Shown piece by piece: positions 20,301-31,000 of a stretch of 64,000 nt of DNA. The stretch spans positions 4,567-68,566 of the forward strand of contig JAMCPD010000018.1 in NCBI GenBank assembly GCA_023379935.1, written 5' to 3'. Position 1 is the stretch's first letter; each line of letters opens with the position of its first letter. The notes beneath the pieces were generated by a model. The model made no database searches, was not told where the DNA came from, and saw nothing but the letters and a program-made list of their open reading frames with translations. The position numbers and the translations under genes were made by a program. This stretch comes from Actinomycetota bacterium. Its GTDB lineage: Bacteria; Actinomycetota; Acidimicrobiia; Acidimicrobiales; JAMCPD01.

Positions 20301-22143
20301 ATTCGAAGCCAGCGCTAAACATGGGGACTCCAAGCGTAGTGCTATAAAGCAGGTGGCATCCGGACGTTTTGGTGTTACATCTGAATACCTGGTCAACGCT
20401 GATGATTTACAGATAAAAATTGCACAAGGCGCAAAGCCAGGAGAAGGAGGACAGTTACCGGGACACAAAGTGTGGCCGTGGATAGCAAAAACACGGTTTT
20501 CCACTCCCGGAGTTGGCTTGATATCTCCTCCCCCTCATCATGACATTTACTCCATCGAGGATATAGCTCAACTTATATATGACTTGAAAAACGCTAATCC
20601 AAAAGCTCGCATTCATGTAAAGTTGGTGGCGGAAGTTGGGGTTGGAACCGTTGCCGCCGGAGTTGCGAAAGCTCACTCGGATGTGGTGTTGATATCAGGG
20701 CATGACGGAGGAACGGGGGCAAGTCCCCTAACTTCATTAAAGCATGCTGGCGGTCCTTGGGAGCTGGGGCTGGCTGAAACGCAACAAACTCTTATAATGA
20801 ACGGCCTTCGAGATCGCATTGTTGTGCAAGTTGACGGACAGTTGAAAACCGGCAGAGATGTTATAATAGCTGCTTTACTTGGTGCGGAAGAGTTCGGTTT
20901 TGCTACAACTGCGCTCGTGGTAATGGGGTGTGTGATGATGAGAGTATGTCATTTAGACACCTGTCCGGTGGGTATAGCCACCCAAAATCCCGTATTGAGA
21001 AAGCGTTTCAGAGGGAGATCGGAGGATGTTGTGAACTTTTTTGAGTTCATAGCCGCCGAGGTGCGAGAGTACTTAGCCGCTTTAGGTTTTCAAAGCTTAG
21101 AAGAGGCAATCGGTCATGTTGAAATGCTTGATACCATGGGAGCGATTGACCACTACAAAGCCGGTAGTCTTGATCTTTCTCCAATACTGGCCATGCCTGA
21201 CTTTACGCGTGGCTATCCTAAGACACTTCATTGTACACGCTCGCAGGATCACAGGTTGGACTTAGCTTTGGACAACCTGTTCATTGCTCACTGTAAACCC
21301 GCCTTGGAAGATGCCAAACCGGTTAAATTTGAAGCTCAAATTCGAAACGTGAATCGTAGTTTGGGAACTATGCTTGGCTATGAACTGACAAAACGCTATG
21401 GCGGAGATGGCCTGCCCGACGATACGATTAAACTGCACCTGAAAGGGTCTGCGGGGCAAAGCTTTGGCGCTTTTGTGCCAAGGGGCATAACCATGTACTT
21501 GGAGGGTGACGCTAATGACTACTTTGCCAAGGGCCTGTCGGGGGGGAAACTGGTGATGTTTCCGCCGGCTGAAGCACCCTTTGCGCCGGAGGAGAATATC
21601 ATATGCGGGAATGTTGCTCTATATGGTGCAACAAGCGGAGAGGTATATATACAAGGACAAGCGGGAGAACGTTTTTGCGTCCGCAACTCCGGAGCTTTAG
21701 CCGTTGTCGAGGGAGTGGGCGATCACGGATGTGAGTATATGACAGGGGGACGGGTTGTAATACTTGGTAAAGTAGGACGCAATTTTGCAGCCGGTATGTC
21801 GGGTGGAGTGGCTTTTATACTCAACATAAAAGACACTGATAATGCCTTGCTAGATGGCGGTGATGGGAGTTACAACTTAGAGAAAATGCTTAACTATGAG
21901 ATGGTTGACCTTGAAGAACCGGATGAAGATGACAAGATTTTTCTGCTGTCTGCTATCTCAGCTCATACCACTTTTACCGGTTCTGTGGTCGGCAAAAGGT
22001 TACTTGATAACCGAGAATCATCAATCAACAGCTTTCTAAAGGTGATGCCGAAGGACTACCGGAGAGTGATCGCGGCGACTAACCGTGCTATTCAGGAAGG
22101 TATTCCGGTGGAAGAAGCTGTAATGGCGGCCTCTCATGGGTGA
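17350..22143 (+). CDS. gltB: Glutamate synthase large subunit
   Basis: 1,597 aa. It has the N-terminal amidotransferase Cys (HDSCGVAFV), an FMN/Fe-S central domain and a GXGXG C-terminal domain. Confidence 0.95.
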   Translation: MINDAGHPSNKTTFTAAKRQGLYDPRFEHDSCGVAFVADLSGHPSHDIVQKGLSAVCNLEHRGASGAEPDTGDGAGILIQMPHEFLAEITGQSLGFELPSPGEYASGIAFLPKEQDDYLRVIAEAARLAKQEGLKVLGWREVEIDDTQPGPSARRVMGRFAQVFISWDAAGQTRWKENDTTDIKGGIAYTSTPLDRAAWVLRKRIEHSVEGVYFPSLSTRTLVYKGMLTSSQLPNFYADLSDKRLKSALALVHSRFSTNTFPSWPLAHPYRVLCHNGEINTLIGNRNWMTARENLLKTQLVPGDLSRIFPICTPGASDSASFDEVLELLYMGGRSLPHSVLMMIPEAWENHTSMSPSKRAFYEFHASMMEPWDGPAFIAFSDGILVGAVLDRNGLRPGRWWLTSDGLVIMASETGVLEIDHSKVVQKGRMQPGRMFLANLETHRIIQDDEIKRELASQHPYQQWLDKHRIYLTDLPPKQMLVPVHSVLLTHKRLFGYTEEELRIILTPMAQNGAEPIGSMGNDTPLAVLSNRPRILFDYFTQLFAQVTNPPLDAIREEMVTSLWPRVGPEGNLLRATETSCKQIVLPHPVIDTDELAKLVYVNEEGELPGFKPFVIDGLFPVGTNPRVLRSEEREPADIGTLGARLKNALDDICMKIDNAISQGSNVIVLSDRHYTKELAPIPSLLLVSTVHHHLTREKLRTKVGLIVECGDAREVHHMALLIGYGAAAVNPYLACDTIRDMVRSGHLGKTGNRDVEERKAVQNYIKAASKGVLKVMSKMGISTVQSYTGAQVFEAIGLKQELVDEYFTGTTSRLGGIGLDEIARDIETRHRFAYQEHHETLPTLELAEGGEYQWRRNGEYHLFNPFTIFKLQYSCQSGNYQLFKEYTKAIDDQSTQLATLRGLMRLRTAGEVRPPVPIEEVEPVSDIVKRFATGAMSYGSISQEAHETLAIAMNRIGARSNTGEGGEDPDRWITLESGGLMRGFEASAKHGDSKRSAIKQVASGRFGVTSEYLVNADDLQIKIAQGAKPGEGGQLPGHKVWPWIAKTRFSTPGVGLISPPPHHDIYSIEDIAQLIYDLKNANPKARIHVKLVAEVGVGTVAAGVAKAHSDVVLISGHDGGTGASPLTSLKHAGGPWELGLAETQQTLIMNGLRDRIVVQVDGQLKTGRDVIIAALLGAEEFGFATTALVVMGCVMMRVCHLDTCPVGIATQNPVLRKRFRGRSEDVVNFFEFIAAEVREYLAALGFQSLEEAIGHVEMLDTMGAIDHYKAGSLDLSPILAMPDFTRGYPKTLHCTRSQDHRLDLALDNLFIAHCKPALEDAKPVKFEAQIRNVNRSLGTMLGYELTKRYGGDGLPDDTIKLHLKGSAGQSFGAFVPRGITMYLEGDANDYFAKGLSGGKLVMFPPAEAPFAPEENIICGNVALYGATSGEVYIQGQAGERFCVRNSGALAVVEGVGDHGCEYMTGGRVVILGKVGRNFAAGMSGGVAFILNIKDTDNALLDGGDGSYNLEKMLNYEMVDLEEPDEDDKIFLLSAISAHTTFTGSVVGKRLLDNRESSINSFLKVMPKDYRRVIAATNRAIQEGIPVEEAVMAASHG

Positions 22144-23614
22144 ACTTGGCGGCTTTTTAAAATATCCTCGCTATACAAGGCCGCGACGTGATGTAGAAAA
22201 ACGTATACACGATTGGCAAGAGGTATATCAGGAAATTGACAACCAAGCTTACCGTTTCCAAGGAGCACGTTGCATGGACTGCGGTGTACCTTTTTGCCAT
22301 GATGCATGCCCTTTAGGTAATTTAATACCCGAGTGGAATGATCTTGTTTGGCATGATGATTGGCAAGATGCCTCCCAAAGATTACATGCCACCAACAATT
22401 TTCCGGACTTCACAGGAAGACTTTGTCCAGCACCTTGTGAAGCTGCTTGCGTGCTTGGTATTAACTCCGATCCTGTAACTATAGAGCAGATTGAGTATGA
22501 GATAGCGGAAAGAGCTTGGGAGTCCGGGTGGATTATTCCCCATATCTCGAAAGTCCGCACAAATAAGCGGGTGGCGATTGTCGGTTCTGGACCTTCCGGG
22601 ATGGCATGTGCCGAGCAACTTGTGTGTAAAGGGCATGAGGTTACTGTCTTGGAACGAGATATGAAGCCGGGCGGACTCCTTCGTTATGGAATTCCTGAAT
22701 TCAAGTTGGAAAAGCGTATCTTAGATAGACGCATAACCCACCTTGAGGCCGAAGGGGTTGAGTTTCGATGTGCAGTTGAGGTTGGCGGCACCAAGACATT
22801 GGGATCAATGTCGGTGGAAACTTTGCGACAATCTTTTGATGCGATAGTGATTGCGATAGGATCAACCGTTCCGCGTGATCTACCTATCCCAGGTCGCGAC
22901 CTTACCGGAATTTATTTTGCAATTGATTATTTGAAACCGGCCAATCTGGTCCAAGAAGGTGATCTGAAAGAGTCACCCGTAACGGCCGCCAACAAGCATG
23001 TTGTTATAATCGGTGGTGGTGATACCGGTGCCGACTGCCTTGGCACTGCACATCGTCAAGGCGCATCAAGCATCCACCAGTTTGAAATACTGCCTCGTCC
23101 CCCGGATGAACGTTCGTCAGATAATCCTTGGCCTGGTTGGCCTCTGATTTTCAGATCATCTTCATCCCATGAGGAAGGGGGAGAAAGATTATTTGCAGTC
23201 GAAAGCGACGGTTTTATTGGGGACGCTTCCGCTTCGGTGTGCACCATCAAAGCACACCGGGTTGAGATGGCCTTTGAGGATGGGCATCTGAACTTCATCC
23301 AAGTGCCGTCAAGCGAATTTGAGCTTCCCTGCGACATGGTATTGCTTGCAATGGGTTTTACCGGACCGCAAAAAGAGGGGTTGGCCGAAGATCTTGGACT
23401 ACTGTTTGACATGCGGGGAAACTTACGGAGAGATCACAACTTCTCCAGCAATGTAGAGGGAGTTTTTGTTTGCGGAGATGCCGGTAGGGGACAAAGTTTG
23501 ATTGTATGGGCGATTGCAGAAGGTCGTTCTTGTGCGGCAGCTGTTGATCGGTTTTTAATGGGTGAAACTGACCTTCCTTCTCCTATCACACCTGAGCGCA
23601 TGGCAATGCGCTGA
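22136..23614 (+). CDS. gltD: Glutamate synthase small subunit
   Basis: Cys clusters CMDCGVPFC and CPAPCEAAC, and the dinucleotide fold [12 protein letters not shown]. It overlaps the gltB stop by 8 nt. Confidence 0.95.
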   Translation: MGELGGFLKYPRYTRPRRDVEKRIHDWQEVYQEIDNQAYRFQGARCMDCGVPFCHDACPLGNLIPEWNDLVWHDDWQDASQRLHATNNFPDFTGRLCPAPCEAACVLGINSDPVTIEQIEYEIAERAWESGWIIPHISKVRTNKRVAIVGSGPSGMACAEQLVCKGHEVTVLERDMKPGGLLRYGIPEFKLEKRILDRRITHLEAEGVEFRCAVEVGGTKTLGSMSVETLRQSFDAIVIAIGSTVPRDLPIPGRDLTGIYFAIDYLKPANLVQEGDLKESPVTAANKHVVIIGGGDTGADCLGTAHRQGASSIHQFEILPRPPDERSSDNPWPGWPLIFRSSSSHEEGGERLFAVESDGFIGDASASVCTIKAHRVEMAFEDGHLNFIQVPSSEFELPCDMVLLAMGFTGPQKEGLAEDLGLLFDMRGNLRRDHNFSSNVEGVFVCGDAGRGQSLIVWAIAEGRSCAAAVDRFLMGETDLPSPITPERMAMR

Positions 23615-23720
23615 TATCCAGGGATCTATCTTATCTAGCATATTTGTTTATAAGTTATTAATATATATTTATATTATAAATGTCTTGCTTTCCATTATAA
23701 AAAGGAATAGAGTATACTGT

Positions 23721-24500
23721 ATGTTTAAGTTGAACACTTTTTCTCATCACAATGATTTAGAAATAAAGTCTCTGCCGGTTATTGGCGTTTTGTTACTGGC
23801 GGCGACAGTAGGGTTAGCCTCCTGCTCCTCTTCTAAAGCTGCAGTAAAACCACCTGTTGCTAAGACAACCGTTCCTTACAACATAACTGCAACTGTCAAG
23901 GTTGTTCATAATGCGCTTTATGGTCCGTTGCTTGCCGACGCCTCGGGTCAATTTCTATATGAGTTCAAGAATGACACGCCAACCAAAAGTGCCTGTGCTG
24001 CTTTGACGAGCCCCCCTTGTTTGACGATATGGCACCCTTTAACTGTACTTACCAATCCTCGGGGTGGGGTTGGTGTCGATCAAGCAGAATTAGGTTTGTT
24101 TAAACTACCAAACGGCAAAGAGCAGGTAACCTACTATGGGCACCAGCTTTATGTCTTTTCGGGTGATACAACTGTCGGGCAGATAAACGGAGAGGGCTAC
24201 AGGGGTTTATGGTTTGTTGTTTCACCTACCGGCCAGACGGTGACTCATCCGTTGAGCACGCCCCCTTCATCTACCTCAACTACTGCACCGTACGCGCCTG
24301 GCGGCGTTACATCACATACCGCCACAACAGCTGCCCCAAGTTATAATACGACTACAACAGCTGCCCCAAGTTATAATACGACTACAACAGCACCACCTAC
24401 CACCTCAACTACTGCACCTACCACTACAACTACTGCACCTACTACCACAACTACTGCACCTACCACCACAACGACTTATGGTAGCGGTTGGAAGGGATAA
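23721..24500 (+). CDS. Secreted lipoprotein of the COG4315-type family, with a Thr/Pro-rich repeat tail
   Basis: Lipobox VGLASC. Motifs LYGPLLADASGQFLYEFKND and GHQLYVFSGDTTVGQINGEG...LWFVV. The ORF-track start at 23562 overlaps gltD, so ATG 23721 is preferred. Confidence 0.7.
   Translation: MFKLNTFSHHNDLEIKSLPVIGVLLLAATVGLASCSSSKAAVKPPVAKTTVPYNITATVKVVHNALYGPLLADASGQFLYEFKNDTPTKSACAALTSPPCLTIWHPLTVLTNPRGGVGVDQAELGLFKLPNGKEQVTYYGHQLYVFSGDTTVGQINGEGYRGLWFVVSPTGQTVTHPLSTPPSSTSTTAPYAPGGVTSHTATTAAPSYNTTTTAAPSYNTTTTAPPTTSTTAPTTTTTAPTTTTTAPTTTTTYGSGWKG
24325..24471 (+). repeat. In-frame tandem repeats: 30 bp x2 (TTAAPSYNTT) and 21 bp x3 (TTAPTTT)
   Basis: Read directly: 24325-24354 and 24355-24384 are identical. 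21-bp units start at 24409, 24430 and 24451. Confidence 0.9.
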
Positions 24501-24503
24501 TAC

Positions 24504-25088
24504 CTAGCTGTACCTCCACGCCAACTCCAAAACTTTCGCCACGTAGCTTTGCGAATGGTTGTAGGCAAAGACTGCTTTTACTAAGGTACTTTGATTTGAC
24601 GCACCATTGACGCATAGCATACGAGCGGCTGACCAGATGGCATCTACGGGGTCATAGGGATTGGGCGGTACTGCTCCACCCGGGCCTACCGTCGCATAAG
24701 CAGCAAATGTTCCCGGCTCGAACTGCATGGGGCCCTCTGCACCCGCATAGTTTGTTCCGCTATGAACTCCGGGTGCATACGATTTGCCGTTATCGCTTTC
24801 AACCGTTCCAATGGCTGCTAATACCTTCCATGAAAGTCCTTTGCAACCGGCGGCGGCTTGCCGATATAAGTCAAGGTAGGTTGACGGAATAGTTGTCAAA
24901 GCTAATTGATCCGGTATGTCGGTAGATACCCCACCAAGACTTCCGACAAACTGACCTGCTAACTGTTGGATAACAAGGGTCATCAGCAACATTGCCGTAC
25001 AGGAGGCTATAATGATAACCGGGAATATTACAAAAACAATTATTTTTAAATATTTCTTCATATAATAATATATATTATAGTATTTCAT
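24504..25088 (-). CDS. Membrane-anchored lytic transglycosylase-like protein
   Basis: N-terminal TM segment, then AAIGTVESDNGKS and GPMQFEPGTF (SLT-type motifs). The start may be 25061. Confidence 0.7.
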   Translation of the reverse strand: MKYYNIYYYMKKYLKIIVFVIFPVIIIASCTAMLLMTLVIQQLAGQFVGSLGGVSTDIPDQLALTTIPSTYLDLYRQAAAGCKGLSWKVLAAIGTVESDNGKSYAPGVHSGTNYAGAEGPMQFEPGTFAAYATVGPGGAVPPNPYDPVDAIWSAARMLCVNGASNQSTLVKAVFAYNHSQSYVAKVLELAWRYS

Positions 25089-25161
25089 GCTTGATTGTCA
25101 ACCCTCTATGTGATAAAGTTTATAAAATAGTAGGAAAAGATAGCGTATAAAGAGAGGTAAT

Positions 25162-26871
25162 TTGAACTCCACCATGGGGGATTTTCCCCTTACCATAACG
25201 TCCATAATGCGCCATGGAACTTCAACATATCCTGACAAGCAGGTAGTCACTTATACAGGTGAAGCATTTGTAGGCGTGTCTTTTGCCGAAATTGTCGCAA
25301 GGATTGAGAAGTTGGCCGCAGCTCTGGCGGGATTGGGAGTTGAGGATGGCGACAGAGTTGCCACCTTTTGCTGGAATCACCAACAGCATTTTGAAGCATA
25401 CTTTGCGGTTCCTTGCTTGGGAGCGGTACTTCATACCTTGAATATCAGGTTGTTTCCCGATCAACTTGCGTATGTTATAAGTCATGCAGAAGATAAGGTA
25501 ATAATTGCAGATGTTACCTTGCTTGCGCTGTTGGCAAAAGCCTCATCTGGTTTGGAACGGATAAAGAAACTGATTGTGGTGGGGGAGGGGGATATCGATC
25601 CGCTATTGCTAAAAACGGTAAACGGAAATGTGGTTGGTTATGAAGAGTTCATATCAAGTTACGATGAAGGATTTCCCTGGCCTGACCTCAATGAAAACCA
25701 CCCAGCCGGTATGTGTTATACAACCGGCACTACCGGTGAACCGAAAGGAGTTGTATACAGCCACCGTTCAACTTATTTACATACCATGGCTTTGACGAGC
25801 TCGACTGCTTTTGCGATTGCTGAAGCCGACAGAGTGCTTCCGATAGTTCCGATGTTCCATGCCAACTGCTGGGGAACCCCTTATACTGTATTTATGGCGG
25901 GAGCGGATATCTTGTTGCCCGATCGTTTCCTGCAAGCTCCCCATATAGCACGCATGATGGAGGAGTTCAAGCCAACCTTAGCTTTCGGAGTTCCAACCAT
26001 ATGGAATGACCTGCTCCATTTTTCCGATGACCATAATATAGACATGTCTTCTTTAAGAGGACTGGTTTCAGGCGGTTCAGCAGTTCCTTGGTCACTGATG
26101 CAAGCCTATCAACAACGTTTCGGCATCCCATTGTTCCAAGCCTGGGGAATGACTGAGACCAGTCCGTTGGGATCTGTTGCGCGTGCGCCCTGCAATACAC
26201 CTAAAGAGGAGGAAGCCACCTACAGAGCTACGGCCGGGCGCTTGGTCCCGGGCGTAGAGGGGCGTATAGTCGACGATGAAGGTAACATTCTTCCCAATGA
26301 CGGTAGTTCAGTCGGGGAGTTGGAAGTCAGAGGCCCCTGGATTACAACCTCATACTACGCCCCTGATGCAAATCCCACATCCGCATCAGATGTTGCAGAC
26401 AGGTTTCATGATGGATGGCTTAAGACCGGCGATGTGGGGACACTGGACAGACTGGGTTTTTTCCGTATTACGGATCGCAGTAAAGATGTCATTAAATCCG
26501 GCGGCGAATGGATATCCTCAATTGATCTTGAAAATGCCATTACAGCCCATCCAAAGGTTTATGAAGCGGCAGTGATAGCTGTTCCGGACGAACGTTACCA
26601 AGAGCGTCCATTAGCATGCATCGTGTTAAATCCTGATGATATCAACCCGAATGTCTCATCACCAGCTGAGGCATCACCACTTGACTCATCATCCGACACA
26701 AAACTGTTTTTAGAAATAAACGAGTTTCTCATGAACAAAGTCGCCAGATGGTGGTTACCTGAGCGATGGGCAGTCTTAAATGAAATACCCAAAACCTCTG
26801 TTGGTAAGTTCGATAAAAAATTGTTACGTGCCTGGTATACAGAAGGCAAGCTGACATTACATCAAGTTTAA
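25162..26871 (+). CDS. Fatty-acid--CoA ligase (AMP-binding family)
   Basis: [20 protein letters not shown] and the C-terminal [10 protein letters not shown]. Confidence 0.85.
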   Translation: MNSTMGDFPLTITSIMRHGTSTYPDKQVVTYTGEAFVGVSFAEIVARIEKLAAALAGLGVEDGDRVATFCWNHQQHFEAYFAVPCLGAVLHTLNIRLFPDQLAYVISHAEDKVIIADVTLLALLAKASSGLERIKKLIVVGEGDIDPLLLKTVNGNVVGYEEFISSYDEGFPWPDLNENHPAGMCYTTGTTGEPKGVVYSHRSTYLHTMALTSSTAFAIAEADRVLPIVPMFHANCWGTPYTVFMAGADILLPDRFLQAPHIARMMEEFKPTLAFGVPTIWNDLLHFSDDHNIDMSSLRGLVSGGSAVPWSLMQAYQQRFGIPLFQAWGMTETSPLGSVARAPCNTPKEEEATYRATAGRLVPGVEGRIVDDEGNILPNDGSSVGELEVRGPWITTSYYAPDANPTSASDVADRFHDGWLKTGDVGTLDRLGFFRITDRSKDVIKSGGEWISSIDLENAITAHPKVYEAAVIAVPDERYQERPLACIVLNPDDINPNVSSPAEASPLDSSSDTKLFLEINEFLMNKVARWWLPERWAVLNEIPKTSVGKFDKKLLRAWYTEGKLTLHQV

Positions 26872-27180
26872 ACTATTCCGGTGAACGGGAGCGATCCAAG
26901 CAGGCTGTTAGCTACAGAACTATTAGATGCGCTGTTCACCGCTTAGCCAGCGTAGTGTCCACTCAAATAATGCACGCTTGGTGAAGAGCCACATGGCCAC
27001 GTTTAACGGTTCTTCGTGGATGCATGGGATATTGAATGTGTGTAAGTTGCTTCCAAGTCATATTTGGGACGGTTGCATGTAGGAAATTGGAGCAGGTCCA
27101 AACTTAGATGTGAATAACACTAACGGCAGCTACCCAAGTCAGTTCTCGCGATGGCCATTGACACATGGGAAGTTAAAGTT

Positions 27181-27630
27181 TCACCCATACCACCCAACCA
27201 CATCCACAATCACATCTGTTGAACCAAAGTAGTTGTAGATAGATATATATCCCGAAGAAGATATCGGTACTGTTACAAAGTTTGCTACAGCTTTGCTAGA
27301 TTGGGTGAAGTTCAAGTTTGATGAAGCAGGTTTCATGGCTCCGGCGGGATAAACGGTTAGATAAGAAGGTGAGGTAGCGTCCGGCTCTGTAACGTTTAGC
27401 ACAACAGCTTTTGCGCTTTTTCGAACAACACCTGTCGAAGAACCGGCAGCACCTTGATATCCAGATACCTGTACTGACAGAGTTTGACCTGCAAAAATAG
27501 TTTTTCTGGGGCACTGATCTGTTATCCTTGACAGACTCTGTGACCTGGTGTCACATATCCTATTTATTCGTAACTGTTCACCTCCAGACAGATCTTTAGA
27601 TTTGTGGAAAAAATATGCTTTAACTAGGTT
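27181..27630 (-). pseudogene. Solo, diverged copy of the ~125-aa repeat domain of the 28046..31864 protein, with no start or signal peptide
   Basis: The frame is open from the stop at 27631-27633. My translation is ...GEQLRINRICDTRSQSLSRITDQCPRKTIFAGQTLSVQVSG...AVVLNVTEP...SSNLNFTQS...ISIYNYFGSTDVIVDVVGWYG-stop. It carries the same motifs and the same GWYG terminus as the large gene. Confidence 0.55.
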
Positions 27631-27783
27631 TTACAGAACTGGGCTTTCCGGACAGGGCATTCACGCGGATCGCGCGATTAGCCACCACTATTCGTGCAAC
27701 TGGAGTCTTTGTGTTACCGACAATTTTTGAGCTTTTGCAAAAATTTTGTAACCGGTAGATTCCATGGTAGTTTAACATATCAT

Positions 27784-27999
27784 ATGGGCAGTGAACTTCA
27801 CGAACAGCTTGATGAACTGCGCTCAAGCCTGGAAGAAATAGCAGAACATCTGGGGGAGCTTGTTATAAAGAGTTTGCGCGAAGCAGTAGCGCAAGGCATA
27901 AGGGAACGCCCTCTAATTGAGCGCAAGCTTACTCAGGCACGAAGAGCGGTTGAAAAAGCGGCGTGGATCTTGGGCGAAGTTCACAAACCTGATGAGTGA
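27784..27999 (+). CDS. Small helical hypothetical protein (~71 aa)
   Basis: The ORF-track frame runs from ATG 27784: MGSELHEQLDELRSSLEEIAEHLGELV... No recognisable motif. Confidence 0.35.
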   Translation: MGSELHEQLDELRSSLEEIAEHLGELVIKSLREAVAQGIRERPLIERKLTQARRAVEKAAWILGEVHKPDE

Positions 28000-28045
28000 C
28001 TCCTAATATTGGAGTAGCCAATAAAGATTGTCGGCCGATCTTGGT

Positions 28046-31000
28046 TTATCCATACCATCCCTCCACATCTACTATAACGTCGGCAGATCCCGATTTGTTG
28101 TAGATAGATATGGCGCCAGACGATGATAGGGGGACCACAACCAGGTTTGATACCGTAGATCCCGATGCCCAGTTCAAGTTGGATGCTGTCGGTTGGGCAG
28201 TACCTTCAGGCCATACGGTAAGGTAGCTGCTTTGGGTGGTGTCGGTTACCGTTATGTTGGCCACTACTGCGCCGATTGAACCGGTTGGTATACCAGAAAC
28301 CCCCGATACCTGAACGTTTAGCACAGAACCGGTCGATAAGGTCTTTCCCGTACAGGCGGCTGCAGCACCGGTTAGCGCAGAAGGATTCGAGGGACGGGTG
28401 TCGCATATCCTAGTAGGGGAGGTAGAGGTAAACACAGTACCAGAAGGGCTGGTGGAAGAGCTGGAGGTATACCATCCCTCCACATCTACTATAACGTCGA
28501 CAGATCCCGAGTAGTTGTAGATAGATATGGATCCAGACGATGATAGGGGGACCACAACCAGGTTTGATACCGTAGATCCCGATGCCCAGTTCAAGTTGGA
28601 TGCTGTCGGTTGGGCAGTACCTTCGGGCCATACGGTGAGGTAGCTGCTTTGGGTGGTGTTGGTTACCGTTATGTTGGCCACTACTGCGCCGATTGAACCG
28701 GTTGGTATACCAGAAACCCCCGATACCTGAACGTTTAGTACAGAACCGGCCGATAAGGTCTTCCCCGTGCAGGCGGCTGCAGCACCGGTTAGCGCAGAAG
28801 GATTCGAGGGACGGGTGTCGCATATCCTGGTGGGGGATCCAAGAGGATTGTACATTCCCGATGGCGAAGAACCCGGCCCAACCCATCCCTCCACATCTAC
28901 TATCACATCAACAGATCCCGCGTAGTTGTAGATGGATATGGCTCCGGAAGATGATAGACCTATCTCAACCAGAACCGACTTTGTCTTGCCTGACACCCAG
29001 TTCAAGTTGGATGCTGTCGGTTGGGCAGTACCTTCAGGCCATGCGGTGAGGTAGCTGCTTTGGGTGGTGTCGGTTACCGTTATGTTGGCCACCACTGCGC
29101 TGATTGAACCGGTTGGTATACCAGAAACCCCAGATACCTGAACGCTAAGTGTTTCAGGGTTAGGGCCTTTTCCTAACGTGTCACCGGCGCAAGGTTCTCC
29201 TGAACCGGCGCGCGTATCACATATGCGGGTTGGCACAGCCAAGCGGTGATAGGCATTACTCAGGTACGTTGTATACCATCCCTCCACATCTACTATAACG
29301 TCGGCAGATCCCGATTTGTTGTAGATAGATATGGCGCCGGACGATGATAGGGGGACCACAACCAGGTTTGATACCGTAGATCCCGATGCCCAGTTTAAGT
29401 TGGATGCTGTCGGTTGGGCAGTACCTTCGGGCCATACGGTAAGGTAGCTGCTTTGGGTGGTGTTGGTTACCGTTATGTTGACCACTACTGCGCCGATTGA
29501 ACCGGTTGGTATACCAGAAACCCCCGATACCTGAACGTTTAGCACAGAACCGGCCGATAAGGTCTTTCCCGTACAGGCGGCTGCAGCACCGGTTAGCGCA
29601 GAAGGATTCGAGGGACGGGTGTCGCATATCCTAGTAGGGGAGGTAGAGGTGAACACAGTACCAGAAGGGCTGGTGGAAGAGCTGGAGGTATACCATCCCT
29701 CCACATCTACTATAACGTCGACAGATCCCGAGTAGTTGTAGATGGATATGGATCCAGACGATGATAGGGGAACCACAACCAGGTTTGATACCGTAGATCC
29801 CGATGCCCAGTTCAAGTTGGATGCTGTCGGTTGGGCAGTACCTTCGGGCCATACGGTAAGGTAGCTGCTTTGGGTGGTGTTGGTTACCGTTATGTTGGCC
29901 ACTACTGCGCCGATTGAACCGGTTGGTATACCAGAAACCCCCGATACCTGAACGTTTAGCACAGAACCGGCCGATAAGGTCTTTCCCGTGCAGGCGGCTG
30001 CAGCACCGGTTAGCGCAGAAGGATTCGAGGGACGGGTGTCGCATATCCTGGTGGGGGATCCAAGAGGATTGTACATTCCCGATGGCGAAGAACCCGGCCC
30101 AACCCATCCCTCCACATCTACTATCACATCAACAGATCCCGCGTAGTTGTAGATGGATATGGCTCCGCTTGGACCCAGTGGTACTTCAACCAGAACCGAC
30201 TTTGTCTCGCCTGACACCCAGTTCAAGTTGGATGCGGTTGGTTGGGCAGTACCTTCGGGCCATATACTCAAGTAGCTGCTTTGGGTGGTGTTGGTTACCG
30301 TTATGTTTGCCACCACTGCGCTGATTGAACTGGTTGGTATACCAGAAACCCCCGATACCTGAACGTTTAGCACAGAACCGGCCGATAAGGTCTTTCCCGT
30401 GCAGTCTACGGCGGCACCGGTTAGCGCAGAAGGATTCGAGGGACGGGTGTCGCATATCCTGGTAGGAGATCCAAGAGGGGTATACGGACCTAATGCCGGT
30501 TGAGCCAGTTCAAGACTCATATTGCTGGATAGGATCACTCCGCTTGAGCTGTCTTGAACACTGTTTGAGGTTGATGGGTTACCTGTGCCGACAGTCCAAC
30601 AAAACGCTGTTGAGGGACAGCTCAGTGAAGTTGAGGAGTAAAGAGAAACCGAAGTAACTCCTTGCGCCAGCGGTATTTCACTCCAGCTTTTCCCGCTGTC
30701 GGTAGTTGCAAGTGAGATTGGGAGAGATCCGGCAACCCCCGATGATGCCATTGCCCAGCAGTCAACTGAGTTGGGGCAAGATATTGAATATACAGCATCA
30801 ACCGAAGACGGAAGGGGTGTTTCAGTCCATAACGCTCCCGAGTCGTTTGTCGTAAGCATCACAGCGCCCCCTATTGACGTGGAGTTCAGCAGATAACCTC
30901 CGGCCAGGCATACACCAGTTGTGGGACAGTACACAGTAGCGATATCCCCAACCGCAGATGGTATGGTTTGGACGGTCCAAGTTGCACCGGAATTGGAGGT

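Noticed and set aside
28206-30455. Many 60-160-aa ORFs in the track (e.g. 28410..28886, 29631..30107, 28693..29049, 29914..30324, 29256..29627)
   Set aside because: They are off-frame or antisense readings of the repeat array inside the 28046..31864 CDS. They recur only because the DNA is duplicated.
28046-30490. Regularly spaced, near-identical repeats that could be mistaken for a CRISPR array, or for DGR template/variable repeats
   Set aside because: The repeats are ~370-bp coding units of one long ORF, with no short unique spacers. There is no cas gene or reverse transcriptase in the window. The few differences between copies are not adenine-specific.
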